A DNA stretch of 64,000 nt, taken from Alphaproteobacteria bacterium (GTDB taxonomy: Bacteria; Pseudomonadota; Alphaproteobacteria; UBA828). A program made the position numbers and the translations under genes. The DNA is taken from positions 626,510-690,509 of the forward strand of contig CAXXVO010000008.1 of the NCBI GenBank assembly GCA_963422645.2, in the 5' to 3' direction. The notes beneath the pieces were generated by a model. That model saw nothing but the letters and a program-made list of their open reading frames with translations, ran no database searches and was not told where the DNA came from. Below are positions 62,018 to 64,000 of the stretch, one piece after another (position 1 is the stretch's first letter; each line of letters starts with the position of its first letter).

Positions 62018-62196
62018 GTAACTGCCCAGGTACCCCCTCTCTCTTATGGAACAAGCCAGTTCCTTTTGCGTCAACGCCCCCACGCCGCGGGGGTGCCTAC
62101 TCTCTTGAGCGCGAGAGGATGATGAACGCCGCGTCGCGAACAAGATGAGAGGACAGCGATACTCAGGATGAGCCGGAGAAGTTCAGGAGCGCAGTA
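62018..62196 (-). mobile_element. Right end of the single-ORF IS66, inverted, interrupted by ISX
   Basis: Reverse complement of 8248-8426. Confidence 0.88.
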
Positions 62197-64000
62197 TCAG
62201 ACTTCCTGACCTCGTGATGCTGGCTGTTCTGGGCAGCGTGCCGGGAACTCCTTGAATTCTGATACATTTCGGTTGTTTCAGGCGGTTTTTCGCTGGGTGT
62301 CGCGCCCGAGGTCTGATAGTATAATTTGATACCAATTGCACGGGGTCTCAACCATGCCCAGTACCCTCCCAATGTGCCCTCCAGAGGCGGTCTCGATCGG
62401 CAACAGCTGCTTCGCCGTCCTGATCTCGGACGACACCTTCACCTACTTTTCCAACCTCATTCCCTTTGACAGCCACGCCGCCGATGACCGCACGGCCATG
62501 CTCTTGCGGATCGGCCGCCTCGCGGCGATCAGCGCGGTCTCGCCGCAGGAACTGGCTGACGCTTTCGCTGTCTCGCGCGCGACGGTGCAGCGCGCACGAC
62601 GGCGCTACCTGGCCGAGGGCGAAGCGGGGTTCATGAAGCCCCGGCGCGGTCGCGGGCCGTCGGTGTTCACTCCGGAGTTGGCGGAGAAGGCGACGGCGTT
62701 GCTGGCATCGGGCCTGAGCGGCTCTGCGGCGGCCCGGGTTCTCGGCGTGTCAGCGCCATCGGTCAACAAGTGGCGCCGTCAGGGACTGATCGGCAACACG
62801 GAGGCGGATGGGGAGCCCGGACGCTCAGCGCTGGCTGCGCCGCCTGACGCGGGTGCGGCTCCTGAAGGCCGTGTCGATGAAGAGAGTACCGGTGCCCCGG
62901 GGCCGGAGACGGCGCCGGGGCTGGAAGCGCAGCCGCAAACGGATCGCAGCGCGCGCGATCGGCGGGACCGGCAGGCGCCGATGGGGCGTGCGACTTGCGA
63001 TGTTCCGGCTCGGGTTCTGGCCAGTTGTGGACAGGCGGGGCCGGTCGAACCGCAGTTCGCCGCCGCCGCCCGCGGTGTCCGCTTCGGCGGCGTGCTCGCC
63101 GCCCTGCCGGCCCTGCTGAAGGAAGGTCTTCTCTCCGAGACCGGTCTCCTGCCATTGCTGCCGAAGGGCTATTACGGCTTGCCTACGATCCTGCTCTTCC
63201 TGGCCTTCATGACCTTGGCGCGGGTGCGCAACCCCGAGAGCCTGCGCTACCAGGCGCCGGGCGAATGGGGCGCCATTCTCGGCCTCGATCGCTGCCCCGA
63301 GGTCAAGACGCTGCGCCGCAAGATCGCTCTCATCGCCGACGACGAGGCCGGCGTGCGGGCGTGGCAGCTCGCCCTTGCCAGGCGCTGGCAAGGCGCCGAC
63401 GAGCCGGAGCTCTGGGCGACGCTGGCCATCGACGGGCACGTCAAGGTCTACTCCGGCCGCAAGGGGCGCTTGCCCAAGCACTTCGTCTCGCGCGAGAAGC
63501 TGTGCCTGCCGGCGAGCGCCAGCTACTGGATCAACGCTCTGGGCGGCAAGCCGCTGCTCTGTCTGCACAAGCCGCTGGACCCGAAGATGGTCGCGGCCAT
63601 CGAAGCCGACGTGGTGCCGGCGCTGCAGGAGCTTGGGATCGTTGGCGCCGGGGCGCCGGACCTGACCGCCGAGCATCCCGGCCAGCCGGCGCTCACCCTG
63701 GTCTTCGACCGCGAGGGCTGGAGCCCGGATCTGTTCCGCCGGCTGGCGAGGCGCGGCGTCGCCATGTTCTCGCGCTGGTCGCAGGAGAACTTCTTCAAGT
63801 ACATGCGTGACGAGTTCAATCTCGACGCCCTGCCGACCCACGAGCTCGAGCCTCTCGATCCCGCCGCCATGGTCGTCAACCCGCTGCGGCGGGCCGCCGG
63901 ATCCTGGCAATGGCCTCCTGCGGGTCCACATTCTTGGCCTCGCAAACGACGCCTGCGACCGTTGGATCGATGCGGTTCTGAGCGACCTGAACGCCACCGA
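62197..64000 (+). mobile_element. ISX copy 5 with two internal deletions, runs off the window
   Basis: IRL at 62197; lacks the equivalents of 4619-4861 (243 bp) and 4994-5358 (365 bp). Confidence 0.9.

Overview
GC-rich, probably alphaproteobacterial chromosomal segment with heavy IS expansion and many broken genes. Remnants of metabolic genes (acetamidase, hydantoinase B, sat, GntR/fatty-acid-hydroxylase, PanB-like, PEP-mutase-like, E1-alpha, GcvT-type dehydrogenase, acylating aldehyde dehydrogenase) are interleaved with many mobile elements. These are five copies of a 2.5-kb IS with a 786-aa DDE transposase (17-bp IR, 3-bp TSD), IS66, IS21, IS1380, IS1634, IS5/IS1182-like and IS1595-derived elements, and an 801-bp TGT...ACA Mu/Tn7-like mini-element. 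Downstream of an integrase and a tRNA-fMet att remnant (24.3 kb) lies a ~30-kb mobilizable defence-island-like region with an AEP/TOTE primase-helicase, a MOBF relaxase, type III R-M genes, a TA pair and an AbiV-like gene. The most unusual object is an element of ~1.8 kb native length (33019-36545) with no terminal inverted repeats. It is bounded by CTAG, has a hairpin at each end and a structured leader, and encodes a non-DDE, non-HUH protein with a Rep_trans-like YxK/RxE motif plus a winged helix. Its ends can be read exactly because it sits in a four-level nested insertion. Family assignments come from motif recognition only; no database search was run.
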